Assembly (NCBI GenBank): GCA_001001115.1
Contig: LCIO01000001.1
Span: forward strand, 172,710-236,709
DNA from: Candidatus Wolfebacteria bacterium GW2011_GWA1_44_24
Lineage (GTDB): Bacteria > Patescibacteriota > Minisyncoccia > UBA6257 > UBA9933
DNA length: 64,000 bases
Direction: 5' to 3'
Of the stretch, positions 27,426 through 36,224 are shown piece after piece. Each line of letters begins with the position of its first letter. Within the stretch, counting starts at the first letter, position 1. The notes beneath the pieces are model-generated. The model was not told the DNA's origin. It saw only the letters and a program-made list of their open reading frames with translations, and ran no database searches. The position numbers were made by a program, and so were the translations under genes.

Positions 27426-28339
27426 TTTTTATTCAGATAATCATTAATATTCAAAACCGCCTTGACGGCGTCGCCAATGGCGATATTGATTTGATTATAC
27501 AAAACATCGGCGACGTCGCCGGCCGCCCAAACGCCCTCGCAGGAAGCGGCTTGAGTTTGGTGGTTAACGATTATTTTTCCGGCTTGATTGATTTCCACAA
27601 GGCCGCTTCCTATAGCGCTGTTGGGAGAATAGCCGATTTCCACAAAAACGCCGTCGAGTTTGAGTTCTTTGATTTCATTAGTTTTGCGGTCTTCATACTT
27701 TAAACCGGAAACGAAATCATTTCCTGAAATTTCTTTCACCGCGGCCATCGTGAAAACTTCAACTTTGCCGGAATTTCTCGCTTTTTCCCGATAAATCGGG
27801 TCAGCCCGCAAGACATCGCTGTATTCCAAAACGTAAATTTTCGAAGCGTAAGGCAAAAGGTCCAAAACCGCGTAAAAACCCGAATTGCCGCCGCCGACCA
27901 CTGCCACGGCTTTATCTTTCATCAAGGGCGCGTCACAGATGGAACAATAAAAAACACCTTTGCCGGCAAATTTATCTTCGCCCAGAACGTTTAAGCGCCG
28001 GGGACTTGAACCACTGGCGATTAAAACGGTCTTGGCCTCAAAATTTTCTCCATTGGCGGAAACAAAAAAAATGCCGTCTTTTTTTTCTATTTTTGAAACC
28101 CCAACGCCTTCCTTCAAGTCAGTCCCTCCCTGATGGCGCAAATGCTCTTCAAAAATTTTCTTTAATTCAATGCCGCTGATTGACTTAAAACCGATGAAAT
28201 TGTTGATTTCCGAGGCAATTACCGGCTGGCCGCCGATGGCCTCGGTCAACATCAGAGTTTTAATTTTTTTCCGGCTGGCGTAAATGCCGGCCGCCACGCC
28301 GGCCGGTCCGGCGCCGACAATAATTAAATCGTAAAGCAT
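27422..28339 (-). CDS. trxB: Thioredoxin-disulfide reductase
   Basis: 305 aa. IIVGAGPAGVAAGIYA, the redox-active CSICD, VVGGGNSG and AAGDV. Confidence 0.9.
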   Translation of the reverse strand: MLYDLIIVGAGPAGVAAGIYASRKKIKTLMLTEAIGGQPVIASEINNFIGFKSISGIELKKIFEEHLRHQGGTDLKEGVGVSKIEKKDGIFFVSANGENFEAKTVLIASGSSPRRLNVLGEDKFAGKGVFYCSICDAPLMKDKAVAVVGGGNSGFYAVLDLLPYASKIYVLEYSDVLRADPIYREKARNSGKVEVFTMAAVKEISGNDFVSGLKYEDRKTNEIKELKLDGVFVEIGYSPNSAIGSGLVEINQAGKIIVNHQTQAASCEGVWAAGDVADVLYNQINIAIGDAVKAVLNINDYLNKK

Positions 28340-28342
28340 AAA

Positions 28343-28570
28343 TTACAATCCCAGCGCTTTATCTATTTCTGTCCGGTTGAATCCGACTATAATCGCGCCG
28401 TTAGCGTCAATGACCGGCACGCCCATTTGATGGGATTTTTTTATCAGTTCTTCTCGGGCCGTTTCGGAAGCGGAAACATCAACCTCTTCGTATTGAACGC
28501 CTTTGGATTTGAAATAATCTTTTGCCATTACGCAGTAAGGACAAGTTTGAGTGGTGTAAATTTTTACCAT
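28343..28570 (-). CDS. Glutaredoxin-like protein (NrdH/YruB type)
   Basis: 75 aa. IYTTQTCPYCVMAKDYF has the CPYC active site in a thioredoxin fold. Confidence 0.85.
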   Translation of the reverse strand: MVKIYTTQTCPYCVMAKDYFKSKGVQYEEVDVSASETAREELIKKSHQMGVPVIDANGAIIVGFNRTEIDKALGL

Positions 28571-28578
28571 AATTAAAA

Positions 28579-28634
28579 CAGACTACAGTTTACAGACTAC
28601 GGTGAAATCGCCGTAGTCTGTAATCTGTAAACTG
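28579..28634 (-). promoter_or_regulatory. Extended intergenic hairpin between the SPW-protein gene and the glutaredoxin gene
   Basis: A perfect 13-bp stem (28590-28602 ttacagactacgg / 28611-28623 ccgtagtctgtaa) has an 8-nt loop. It is extendable by 5 + 3 further pairs across mismatches. The arms contain the direct repeat acagactac. On the minus strand it is followed only by ttttaatt and then the ATG. Confidence 0.5.
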
Positions 28635-28642
28635 CAACAAAA

Positions 28643-28831
28643 TTACATTTGAGGCATTGACGGCGTCGAAGAACCGCCACCGAATAATTGCCACAAAGCT
28701 AAAATCGCAACCAGCGCGCCGACAATCACATTGCTCCACAAAGCGGTGGTTAAAGCCGAGAAACCAAGCACCCAGGGCGAAATTAAAATCCAAACCCCCA
28801 AAATCAAACTGACCCAATTAAACGATTTCAT
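28643..28831 (-). CDS. SPW-repeat membrane protein
   Basis: 62 aa with two TM helices and the SPW motif (LGVWILISPWVLGF). Confidence 0.7.
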   Translation of the reverse strand: MKSFNWVSLILGVWILISPWVLGFSALTTALWSNVIVGALVAILALWQLFGGGSSTPSMPQM

Positions 28832-28884
28832 ATTTTTTCACAAAATATATTTGCGACCTTTGTTCTAATTATATAAATAATTAT

Positions 28885-28919
28885 ACAAAAACAAAAATCC
28901 CGCCACAAGAGCGGGATTT
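28885..28919 (-). terminator. Rho-independent terminator downstream of the zinc-ribbon gene (symmetric)
   Basis: Minus-strand RNA reads aaatcccgc-tcttgtg-gcgggattt followed by ttgtttttgt. The plus strand also carries a T-run after the hairpin. Confidence 0.65.
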
Positions 28920-28926
28920 CTGTTTT

Positions 28927-29121
28927 TTATCTGCGCGGAAATCTGTCTCGTCCGCCGCCGAAAGACTGCCTTCTTTCACGGTGGCACTCGCGGCAGAGTA
29001 ATTGGTCAAGCCTTGACGGATCAGGCTGGAAAGGAAGTTCCTTAATGTCACCTTGACACTTTGAACACTTCCAATCTCCCTGATACATCTGGCGTTGAAA
29101 CCCTTGATTATCGTAAGCCAT
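28927..29121 (-). CDS. Small zinc-ribbon protein with Arg/Gly-rich basic tail
   Basis: 64 aa. CSKC...17 aa...CREC followed by RERRQSFGGGRDRFPRR. No family name recognised. Confidence 0.6.
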   Translation of the reverse strand: MAYDNQGFQRQMYQGDWKCSKCQGDIKELPFQPDPSRLDQLLCRECHRERRQSFGGGRDRFPRR

Positions 29122-29220
29122 TTTGCCTATAATTTTATTTTATTCGTCCCTTTGCGTTAGCTCGGGCAAAATGACCTCGATGATTATCTGCTTCACTTTG
29201 TCTTATGCTAAACTGCCGAC

Positions 29221-29249
29221 AGTATAATTGCCTTATCGCTCTTTGTCAA
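29221..29249 (-). promoter_or_regulatory. Sigma70-type promoter for the zinc-ribbon gene
   Basis: On the minus strand: TTGACA (29244-29249), a 17-nt spacer, TATACT (29221-29226). This predicts a leader of about 90 nt. Confidence 0.55.
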
Positions 29250-29270
29250 GCCGGAAGCTTATGGTAATAT
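29243..29270 (+). promoter_or_regulatory. Sigma70-type extended -10 promoter for the plus-strand glycan genes
   Basis: TTGTCA (29243-29248), a 16-nt spacer ending in TGg, then TAATAT (29265-29270), 18 nt upstream of ATG 29289. Its -35 overlaps the -35 of the divergent minus-strand promoter. Confidence 0.55.
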
Positions 29271-29288
29271 ATTTAGAACCCATCTGAT

Positions 29289-30611
29289 ATGTTTGCTCAA
29301 AAATTAAGAAGCGCGGCGGTATTCTTCGGAGATGTTGCTTTCCTTTACGGCGCCCTTGCTTTGACTCTTTTTTTCCGCTACGGCAAATTCGATTTTGGAA
29401 ATTCTTTTTCGGTCCACTTGGAGCCTTTTTCTTTTATTTTCACCGTCTGGCTCCTAATTTTCTATCTCTCCGACCTTTATTCCAATAAATTTTTCAGGCA
29501 CAACTTAAATACTTTAAGAAATTTTTTACTGGCTATCATTATCAGCGTCATAATTTCAATTATCGCTTTTTACGCCTTCGAGCCGTTTTTCAAACTCACC
29601 CCAAAAACCAACTTACTGATTTTCAGCGTTATTTTCGGAATCATTGATTACTCCTGGCGATTAAGTCTGGGCCAGCTTTTTATTTCCGGAGGATTAAGAA
29701 GACAATCGCTGATAATTGACGATTCGCCGAATGCCAATTTAATTGTTGATTATTTGAATGATAATCCTCAGGCCGGCTACAATGTCAATCTCTGGTTGAA
29801 AGAAATTAACAAAGAAAAAATCTCCGATTTGAGTTCTTTAATAACCGACAATAAAATTGAAACTCTTATTATCGGCAATGCAATCAAGAAAAACCCTTTA
29901 TCAATAAAACAGATTTATCAGCTTTTGCCGCTGGAAATTCAAATTTTCAATTCCGCCGATTTTTTTGAACTGATTTTCCAAAAAGTGCCGCTGGAAGAAC
30001 TCGAAGAAAGCTGGTTTATTGAAGAAATCGCCGCCGGCCGCCGAATTTATGACACAATAAAAAGGGCTGCCGATATTGTTATTCCTTTTGGTTTAATTAT
30101 GGTGTTTCTACCGCTGTTTTTTCTGATTTCCATTCTAATTAAAATCACTTCAAAGGGACCTGTTATTTATAAACAAAAAAGAATCGGCAAAAATAATCGG
30201 CCCTTTATCCTTTATAAATTTCGCTCAATGAAAACTGGAGAAAAAGGCCCGCTTTGGACAGAAGAAAAAGATAAGCGCTTGACTTTTATCGGCAAGATTC
30301 TCCGCTATACTCATTTAGACGAATTACCGCAACTATTTAACATACTAAAAGGGAATATTTCTTTTATTGGACCTCGGCCCGAGCGCTCTGAATTGGCGGA
30401 AATGTATTCGAGTTTGCCGCATTACGAAATCCGCCACATAATAAAGCCCGGTTTGACCGGCTGGGCGCAAGTCAATTACAAACCCAGCGCTTCACTGGAA
30501 GAAGCCCACGAAAAACTTCAATATGACATTTATTACATTAAAAACCGTTCGCTCTTTCTGGATTTTTTAATAATATTAAAAACTATTAAATATATTTTTA
30601 TATCTCACTAG
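29289..30611 (+). CDS. Polyprenyl-phosphate glycosyl-1-phosphate transferase (WbaP/EpsL-type bacterial sugar transferase)
   Basis: 440 aa with N-terminal TM helices. The C-terminal domain reads KRAADIVI...KGPVIYKQKRIGKNNRPFILYKFRSM...DELPQLFNILKGNISFIGPRPE...GLTGWAQVN. Confidence 0.9.
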   Translation: MFAQKLRSAAVFFGDVAFLYGALALTLFFRYGKFDFGNSFSVHLEPFSFIFTVWLLIFYLSDLYSNKFFRHNLNTLRNFLLAIIISVIISIIAFYAFEPFFKLTPKTNLLIFSVIFGIIDYSWRLSLGQLFISGGLRRQSLIIDDSPNANLIVDYLNDNPQAGYNVNLWLKEINKEKISDLSSLITDNKIETLIIGNAIKKNPLSIKQIYQLLPLEIQIFNSADFFELIFQKVPLEELEESWFIEEIAAGRRIYDTIKRAADIVIPFGLIMVFLPLFFLISILIKITSKGPVIYKQKRIGKNNRPFILYKFRSMKTGEKGPLWTEEKDKRLTFIGKILRYTHLDELPQLFNILKGNISFIGPRPERSELAEMYSSLPHYEIRHIIKPGLTGWAQVNYKPSASLEEAHEKLQYDIYYIKNRSLFLDFLIILKTIKYIFISH

Positions 30612-30616
30612 TAAAA

Positions 30617-32083
30617 ATGATTAACAGATTGAAAGAATTGCTTTTTCAAAACAAAGGCGCGCGCCAAACGGTGGCTAAAAACGTTTTTTGGCTTAGCATA
30701 TCGCAAATTGGCAGCCGCTTTATTAGAGCAATCATAATCATTTACGCCGCCAGAATCTTGGGCGCGGCGGAATACGGAATTTTTTCTTATATTTTGGGAC
30801 TGGCCGGATTTTTTACGATTTTCTCCAATGTGGGAGTGGATACCATTCTCACGAGAGAAGCGTCTCATCAGAAGGAAAGCGCTCCAAAATATTTTGCAAA
30901 CGCTTTTTGGATAAAAATCTTTTTTCTCTCCATCACCGCCGTCGCAATAATATTTTTTGCCCCCTATTTTTCCAATATTAAAGGCGCAGAAACTTTGCTC
31001 CCGTTAATCGCCGTGCTTATATTCTTTGACAATATTCGAGAATTATGCGTCGCCTATTTTCGAGCTCAAGAAAAAATGGAATACGAAGCCTTGGTGACGA
31101 CTTTTACGAATATTTCCATTACTGTTTTCGGCTTTCTGATATTGGCCAAATTCAAAACATCCCAAGCGGTGACGATAATGTATATCTCGGGAGCGGGAGC
31201 GGGAATGTTTTTAGCCGCCTACATAATCCGGCGCGAATTTAAAAAAGTATTCAGAAATTTCTCAACAAAATTAATCAAAGAAATTTTAAACGCTTCATGG
31301 GCTGTCAGCCTTTACGGTATCGCGGCGTCATTCATGTTAAATACAGATGTCGTCATGCTGGGATGGTTCAGGTCTGCCAATGAAATCGGATTTTATTCCG
31401 CCGGGCAAAGAATTATTTTAATATTGTACACGCTCCCGACGATTTTCGCCTCAAGCACATTCCCGTTACTGGCTCGTCTTATTAAAAACAGCAGCCATGC
31501 GCAAATCCGAATCTTAACCGAAAAAATACTGTTATTAATATTCTTGATGGCAATACCGCTTTGTGTCGGCGGCGCAATTCTCGGGAAATCAATAATGTAT
31601 TCGCTTTACGGCGGAGATTATGTTGCCGGCGCGATTGCTTTCCAGATTTTAAGTCTGGCCATAATTTTTGTGTTTCCGACCATCGCTCTCGGTAATTTGA
31701 TACTCGGCTTTAATCAGCAAAAAAAGATGACGATTTATGTAATGGTTGCTTCTTTAAGCAATATTGTTTTCAATGCCGCGTTAATCCCGTTTTACGGCAT
31801 TGCGGGAGCGGCAATCGCAACCGTATTCGCGCAGGGGCTGTATAATTGGCTCATGTGGCGTTTTTCAAAAAAATTAACCCCTTTTTATGTCATTTCTCAA
31901 CTTAAAAAAATTGCGGTTGCTTCCTTGTTTATGGGGATATTCGCTTTCACTCTCCAACAAATCGGCATCAACGTATTTTTGATTATTGCCGCATCCGTTA
32001 TGCTGTATTTTTCATTGCTTTATCTTTTCAAGGAACCGGCAATGGAAGACGTGAAAATATTTATAAAAGCCCTTAAAAAATAA
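30617..32083 (+). CDS. Wzx-type oligosaccharide flippase (MOP/PST family)
   Basis: 488 aa with about 12-14 TM helices. The N-terminus NVFWLSISQIGSRFIRAIIIIYAARILG is typical of polysaccharide biosynthesis protein family members. Confidence 0.8.
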   Translation: MINRLKELLFQNKGARQTVAKNVFWLSISQIGSRFIRAIIIIYAARILGAAEYGIFSYILGLAGFFTIFSNVGVDTILTREASHQKESAPKYFANAFWIKIFFLSITAVAIIFFAPYFSNIKGAETLLPLIAVLIFFDNIRELCVAYFRAQEKMEYEALVTTFTNISITVFGFLILAKFKTSQAVTIMYISGAGAGMFLAAYIIRREFKKVFRNFSTKLIKEILNASWAVSLYGIAASFMLNTDVVMLGWFRSANEIGFYSAGQRIILILYTLPTIFASSTFPLLARLIKNSSHAQIRILTEKILLLIFLMAIPLCVGGAILGKSIMYSLYGGDYVAGAIAFQILSLAIIFVFPTIALGNLILGFNQQKKMTIYVMVASLSNIVFNAALIPFYGIAGAAIATVFAQGLYNWLMWRFSKKLTPFYVISQLKKIAVASLFMGIFAFTLQQIGINVFLIIAASVMLYFSLLYLFKEPAMEDVKIFIKALKK

Positions 32084-32097
32084 TTTATCGCCAAATT

Positions 32098-34026
32098 ATG
32101 TGCGGAATCGCCGGAGTCTATAAATTTAATAATTCTCAAGTCGTTTCGGAAAACGAAATCAAAAAAATGTCCGACGCGTTAGTGCATCGGGGGCCGGACG
32201 GCAACGGCGCCTATTTTTCGGCTGATAAAAAAATCGGTCTCGGGCATCGACGGCTGGCGATTATCGACCTTTCGCCCGCCGGAGCCCAGCCGATGGCCAA
32301 CGAAAATAAAACAATCTGGATTGTTTTCAACGGCGAAATTTATAACTTTCAAGAACTTCGTTCAAAACTGGAAAAAGCCGGCCATTCGTTCCGCTCCCGA
32401 AGTGACACCGAAGTCATCATCCACAGCTACGAAGAATACGGATTCGATTGCGTTAAAAAATTCAACGGGATGTTCGCTTTCGCGATTTGGGACGAAAACA
32501 AACAATTACTTTTTGCCGGCCGCGACCATTTGGGAGTCAAACCTTTTTATTACGCAATCCAAAACGGAAATTTCTACTTCGGCTCGGAAATCAAAGCCAT
32601 CCTCGTCCATCCCGATTTTAAAAAAGACATCGAGGAAACGAACATATCTCATTATTTGACATTTTCCTGTCTTCCTTCGCCTCACACATTATTCAAAGAC
32701 ATCAAAAAATTGGCGCCAGCCAAATATTTGATAATCAACAAAAACGGAATTGCCGAAGAAAAAGAATACTGGAATCCCGTAGCAGAAGCTTCGCTTCGCT
32801 ACGGGGCAAGTCCCCTCGCCGAAAAAGAATATATAGACGAAATAAGAAAACTTTTGCGGGATTCCGTAAAATCACAAATGGTTTCCGATGTCCCTTTCGG
32901 CTGTTTTTTGTCGGGCGGAATTGATTCTTCAACCAACGCCGCTTTGATGTCGGAAGCGCTCGGCAAACCAGTAGAAACATTTTCAATCGGCTCTCAAAAT
33001 TTCCAAAAATACAACGAATTCCAATATTCCCGGAAAATGGCGGAGTTTTTGAAAACAAAACCGCACGAACTCCTGACAACCGATGAACATTTGAAAGAAT
33101 TTTTAAAACAATACGCCTATTTTAACGATGACCCGAACGGCGACCAGGTATGCGTGCCGCTTTTCTGGCTTTCGGAATTTACAAGAAAAAACGGCGTAAC
33201 CGTAATCCAAATCGGCGAGGGTTCGGACGAAATTTTTGCCGGCTATCCCGCCTATATCCAGGCGATAAATCTTTATAATCGCGTCTGGCGATGGCTAGAA
33301 AAAATGCCCCAATCCGCCAAAAACGGAATTTTTAAATTATCAGCCGGCGCAATTCATCCCCGTTTTGATTTTTATAAAGAATATCTTTTGCGGCTTAAAA
33401 ACAACCAGGAGCCGTTTTGGGGAAATGCCGTCGCTTTCGGAGATTTTCAAAAAGAAAAACTGCTGACTACCGAATATAAAAATAAATTAACTGAATCCAG
33501 TTATTCAATCGTTGACAATTACTATAAAGAAATTAAAAATATCGATTCTTCGGCCGATTTTATGAGCCGGCTCACGTATCTTGAAATAAAACATCGGCTG
33601 CCGGAATTGCTGTTAATGAGGTCCGACAAAATGACGATGGCTCATTCCGTCGAAGCCCGGGTGCCGTTTCTTGACAAACGGCTGGTGGAACTAGCTGTCA
33701 GCATTCCGGCAAACATAAAAATTAAAAATGGCGAACCGAAATATATTTTAAAAAAATCAGTCAATGGAATAATTCCCAAAAAAATCATTTGGAGAAAAAA
33801 ACAAGGGTTTGCCACTTCAATGAGCGAATGGTTTAAATCCGAAAATCCGATGTCCAAAGAATTGTTGAAAATTATATTCAATTCAAAGCTTCGCGAAAAG
33901 AATATCTTAAATTACGACTATATCGAAGATTTGGTTTACGCCCATCAAAAACAAAATATCGAACATAATTTCCGCCTTTGGAATTTGGTCACTTTGTCGC
34001 TTTGGCACGATTATTGGTTTGCTTAA
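32098..34026 (+). CDS. Asparagine synthase (glutamine-hydrolysing)-family amidotransferase
   Basis: 642 aa. It has the N-terminal nucleophile MCGIAG, HRGPDG, RLAIIDLS and the PP-loop FLSGGIDSS. Confidence 0.88.
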   Translation: MCGIAGVYKFNNSQVVSENEIKKMSDALVHRGPDGNGAYFSADKKIGLGHRRLAIIDLSPAGAQPMANENKTIWIVFNGEIYNFQELRSKLEKAGHSFRSRSDTEVIIHSYEEYGFDCVKKFNGMFAFAIWDENKQLLFAGRDHLGVKPFYYAIQNGNFYFGSEIKAILVHPDFKKDIEETNISHYLTFSCLPSPHTLFKDIKKLAPAKYLIINKNGIAEEKEYWNPVAEASLRYGASPLAEKEYIDEIRKLLRDSVKSQMVSDVPFGCFLSGGIDSSTNAALMSEALGKPVETFSIGSQNFQKYNEFQYSRKMAEFLKTKPHELLTTDEHLKEFLKQYAYFNDDPNGDQVCVPLFWLSEFTRKNGVTVIQIGEGSDEIFAGYPAYIQAINLYNRVWRWLEKMPQSAKNGIFKLSAGAIHPRFDFYKEYLLRLKNNQEPFWGNAVAFGDFQKEKLLTTEYKNKLTESSYSIVDNYYKEIKNIDSSADFMSRLTYLEIKHRLPELLLMRSDKMTMAHSVEARVPFLDKRLVELAVSIPANIKIKNGEPKYILKKSVNGIIPKKIIWRKKQGFATSMSEWFKSENPMSKELLKIIFNSKLREKNILNYDYIEDLVYAHQKQNIEHNFRLWNLVTLSLWHDYWFA

Positions 34027-35230
34027 GAACTTCGAGATATTCTCCGGCCAAAACGGACGATCCAAAATAATTTCCAATGTATTCTCTGCCCGATTCTCCG
34101 GCCGACCGACGCAATTCTTTATTTTCATAAAATTTTTTAATCGCTGATATAAATTTATTTTTTTCTCCGGGATTAACGCATATCCCAGCCTGCGCTTTCT
34201 CGCATATCAATTCATCGTTTACCCCCTCAACAGCGGCCACAATCGGAATTCCGGCGGCCATATAATCCAAAGCCTTGCTCGCATAGACATAACGAAGCAA
34301 TTTTATATCTTTGCGAAGCGAAATAATCCCGATATCCGCCGCCGCCATCATTGAATACACTTCTGATTTTGGCATTGAATCATAAAATTTAACGTTCTTT
34401 AATCCCAATTTTTCCGCTTTATTTTTCAAAAATTCTCTTTGCCTGCCGCTTCCGACAAAAGCAAAAATAACCGAAGATTCGGAAAATTCTTTTGCCGCCT
34501 CAAGAACAATCTCAAAATCGTAAACTGCGGCCATTGAACCGCTGTAAAGAATTATGAATTTATCGTTCCAGCCGAATTTTTCTTTTATTTCTTCGGCTCG
34601 GGAAATGTCAATTAATTTCAGGCTCACCGGGTTGGGGACAGTCGTTATTTTCCCCAAATCGATTTTTTTTACCCTGCTGATATATTCTTTTATGCCGGGA
34701 GAATTGGCGACTATTGCCGCCGACCGACGGTACAAAAATTTTTCCAATCGCAGGCTAAAATCGATTAAAATTTTATTTTTCAAGAATCCGAGTTCAATCG
34801 GTTCATCCGGCCAAAGATCGCGCACTTCAAAAATAAACCTTGACCCCTTCAAAAAACTCGCCAACCATCCCAAAAATCCGACGAAAATCGGCGGCGACGA
34901 GGCGATTACGACATCCGCCGGACAAAAAATGCCGGCAAAAAAAGCGGATATAAGATAGGAAATATACGACCAAAGCCGACCCAAAAAATTCCGGTAACCG
35001 ATGCTCGAATCAAATACGCGCAAAATATAAAAATTATCCGCTTCTTTTTCTTTGACCCAGAGCTTTCTTTTGTATTTATCGATTTTCTTTCCCGAAATGT
35101 AATTGATCATCCCGGCGACAATGATTATTTCATGGCCGGCTCTTGCCCATTCTTCAGCCAAATAATAAAAACGGCCGATTCCCGCTTCTTTGGGACTGGT
35201 ATAACGCTGTTCAAAAATCAGAATCCGCAT
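33989..35230 (-). CDS. Glycosyltransferase family 4 (WcaI-like)
   Basis: 413 aa with a GT-B fold. MRILIFEQRYTSPKEAGIGRF plus the C-terminal E-x7-E-type region (ASKALDYMAAGIPIVA). Confidence 0.8.
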   Translation of the reverse strand: MRILIFEQRYTSPKEAGIGRFYYLAEEWARAGHEIIIVAGMINYISGKKIDKYKRKLWVKEKEADNFYILRVFDSSIGYRNFLGRLWSYISYLISAFFAGIFCPADVVIASSPPIFVGFLGWLASFLKGSRFIFEVRDLWPDEPIELGFLKNKILIDFSLRLEKFLYRRSAAIVANSPGIKEYISRVKKIDLGKITTVPNPVSLKLIDISRAEEIKEKFGWNDKFIILYSGSMAAVYDFEIVLEAAKEFSESSVIFAFVGSGRQREFLKNKAEKLGLKNVKFYDSMPKSEVYSMMAAADIGIISLRKDIKLLRYVYASKALDYMAAGIPIVAAVEGVNDELICEKAQAGICVNPGEKNKFISAIKKFYENKELRRSAGESGREYIGNYFGSSVLAGEYLEVLKQTNNRAKATK

Positions 35231-35235
35231 TTTTC

Positions 35236-36222
35236 TTAAAAGTAAAAAATTTTAAAAATCGCCTTATAGATAAAGGCAAATTTCCTTTTAATCCGATTAT
35301 TTTTATAACCTTGGAACTTTGTCCGGTATGAATCGAAAATATCTTCTTTCGATATCAAATGCATTATTTTCAACTGCACGATGTGCAAATCGTGATAAAA
35401 AGGGCTGGCGATCATTTTTAAAAATTGTTTAGAAAGGTCGTAAAGCGACCAGAAGCCGGCGTCGTATTTCGGCAAATTTTCTTTCAGAGTCTTGACGCAA
35501 TTATTCCAAAGATTCAAAGCGTCCTTATCGCCGGTGAGTAGACAATAATCCCAAACGCCCCAAAGCGCCCATAAAAACCCGTTTAAGATGTGGGTCGGGG
35601 AATCAATAATATATTCTTCCAGCCAAATATTGCCGTCGTTGTCCGTGAATTTCACTCCGCCGTCTTTTATGTCAACGTTCATTGAAATGAAAGCCTGCCG
35701 AGCGGCTTCCAGATATTTTTGTTCGCCGGTTTCTTTATAAATTCTCCCTAAAAGAGAAATACCCGTGCCCTGCGAATGCGCCGAATACCAGCCGGGCGAA
35801 AGATATTGTTTGTAATGCCAGCGGAATTTATGTTTCCAAACCGCCAAACCCTTGTCATTCTTTTCCAAATTTTTAACCAGCCAATCGGCTTGAATTTTAG
35901 CGATTTCCAGATATTTTTTATCGCCAGTTTTTAAATATAAATTATAATGGCCGAGCCCGTACTGGGCGACAGCCAGCGGATTATATTGCCGGCCGATATC
36001 AAAATAATAATCGAAAAGAATGACGCCGTCTTTGTCTTTCGGCCCGCCATAATCCGCCTTATCCCTGAAAGTCATATAGTAAGGCCCTTTTATGTCGTTT
36101 ACGGCAATTTCCTCGCTCATAGCCGGCGTTTCATGCCAGAAAGAAAGATAACCCTTATTCTTGGTGAAATAAACTTTAAAAATTCTCCGCCAATAACTAA
36201 GCCGTTGAACAAAAATTGACAT
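35236..36222 (-). CDS. D-glucuronyl C5-epimerase C-terminal-domain-like / heparinase II/III-like (alpha/alpha)6 protein
   Basis: 328 aa. YNPLAVAQYGLGHYNLYLKTGDKKYLE and GWYSAHSQGTGISLLGRIYKETGEQKYLEAARQAF resemble the C5-epimerase C-terminal family consensus as I recall it. Confidence 0.55.
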   Translation of the reverse strand: MSIFVQRLSYWRRIFKVYFTKNKGYLSFWHETPAMSEEIAVNDIKGPYYMTFRDKADYGGPKDKDGVILFDYYFDIGRQYNPLAVAQYGLGHYNLYLKTGDKKYLEIAKIQADWLVKNLEKNDKGLAVWKHKFRWHYKQYLSPGWYSAHSQGTGISLLGRIYKETGEQKYLEAARQAFISMNVDIKDGGVKFTDNDGNIWLEEYIIDSPTHILNGFLWALWGVWDYCLLTGDKDALNLWNNCVKTLKENLPKYDAGFWSLYDLSKQFLKMIASPFYHDLHIVQLKIMHLISKEDIFDSYRTKFQGYKNNRIKRKFAFIYKAIFKIFYF

Positions 36223-36224
36223 AA

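Noticed and set aside
28590-28817. 75-aa minus-strand ORF overlapping the SPW-protein ORF in another frame.
   Set aside because: The overlapping frame (28643..28831) encodes a coherent two-TM SPW-motif protein. This alternative has no membrane or family signal, and it runs through the intergenic hairpin.
33989-34026. 38-nt convergent overlap of the 3' ends of the AsnB-like gene (+) and a GT4 gene (-).
   Set aside because: The overlap is real, but such overlaps are common in compact genomes. No structure or additional signal was seen beyond the lack of room for terminators.
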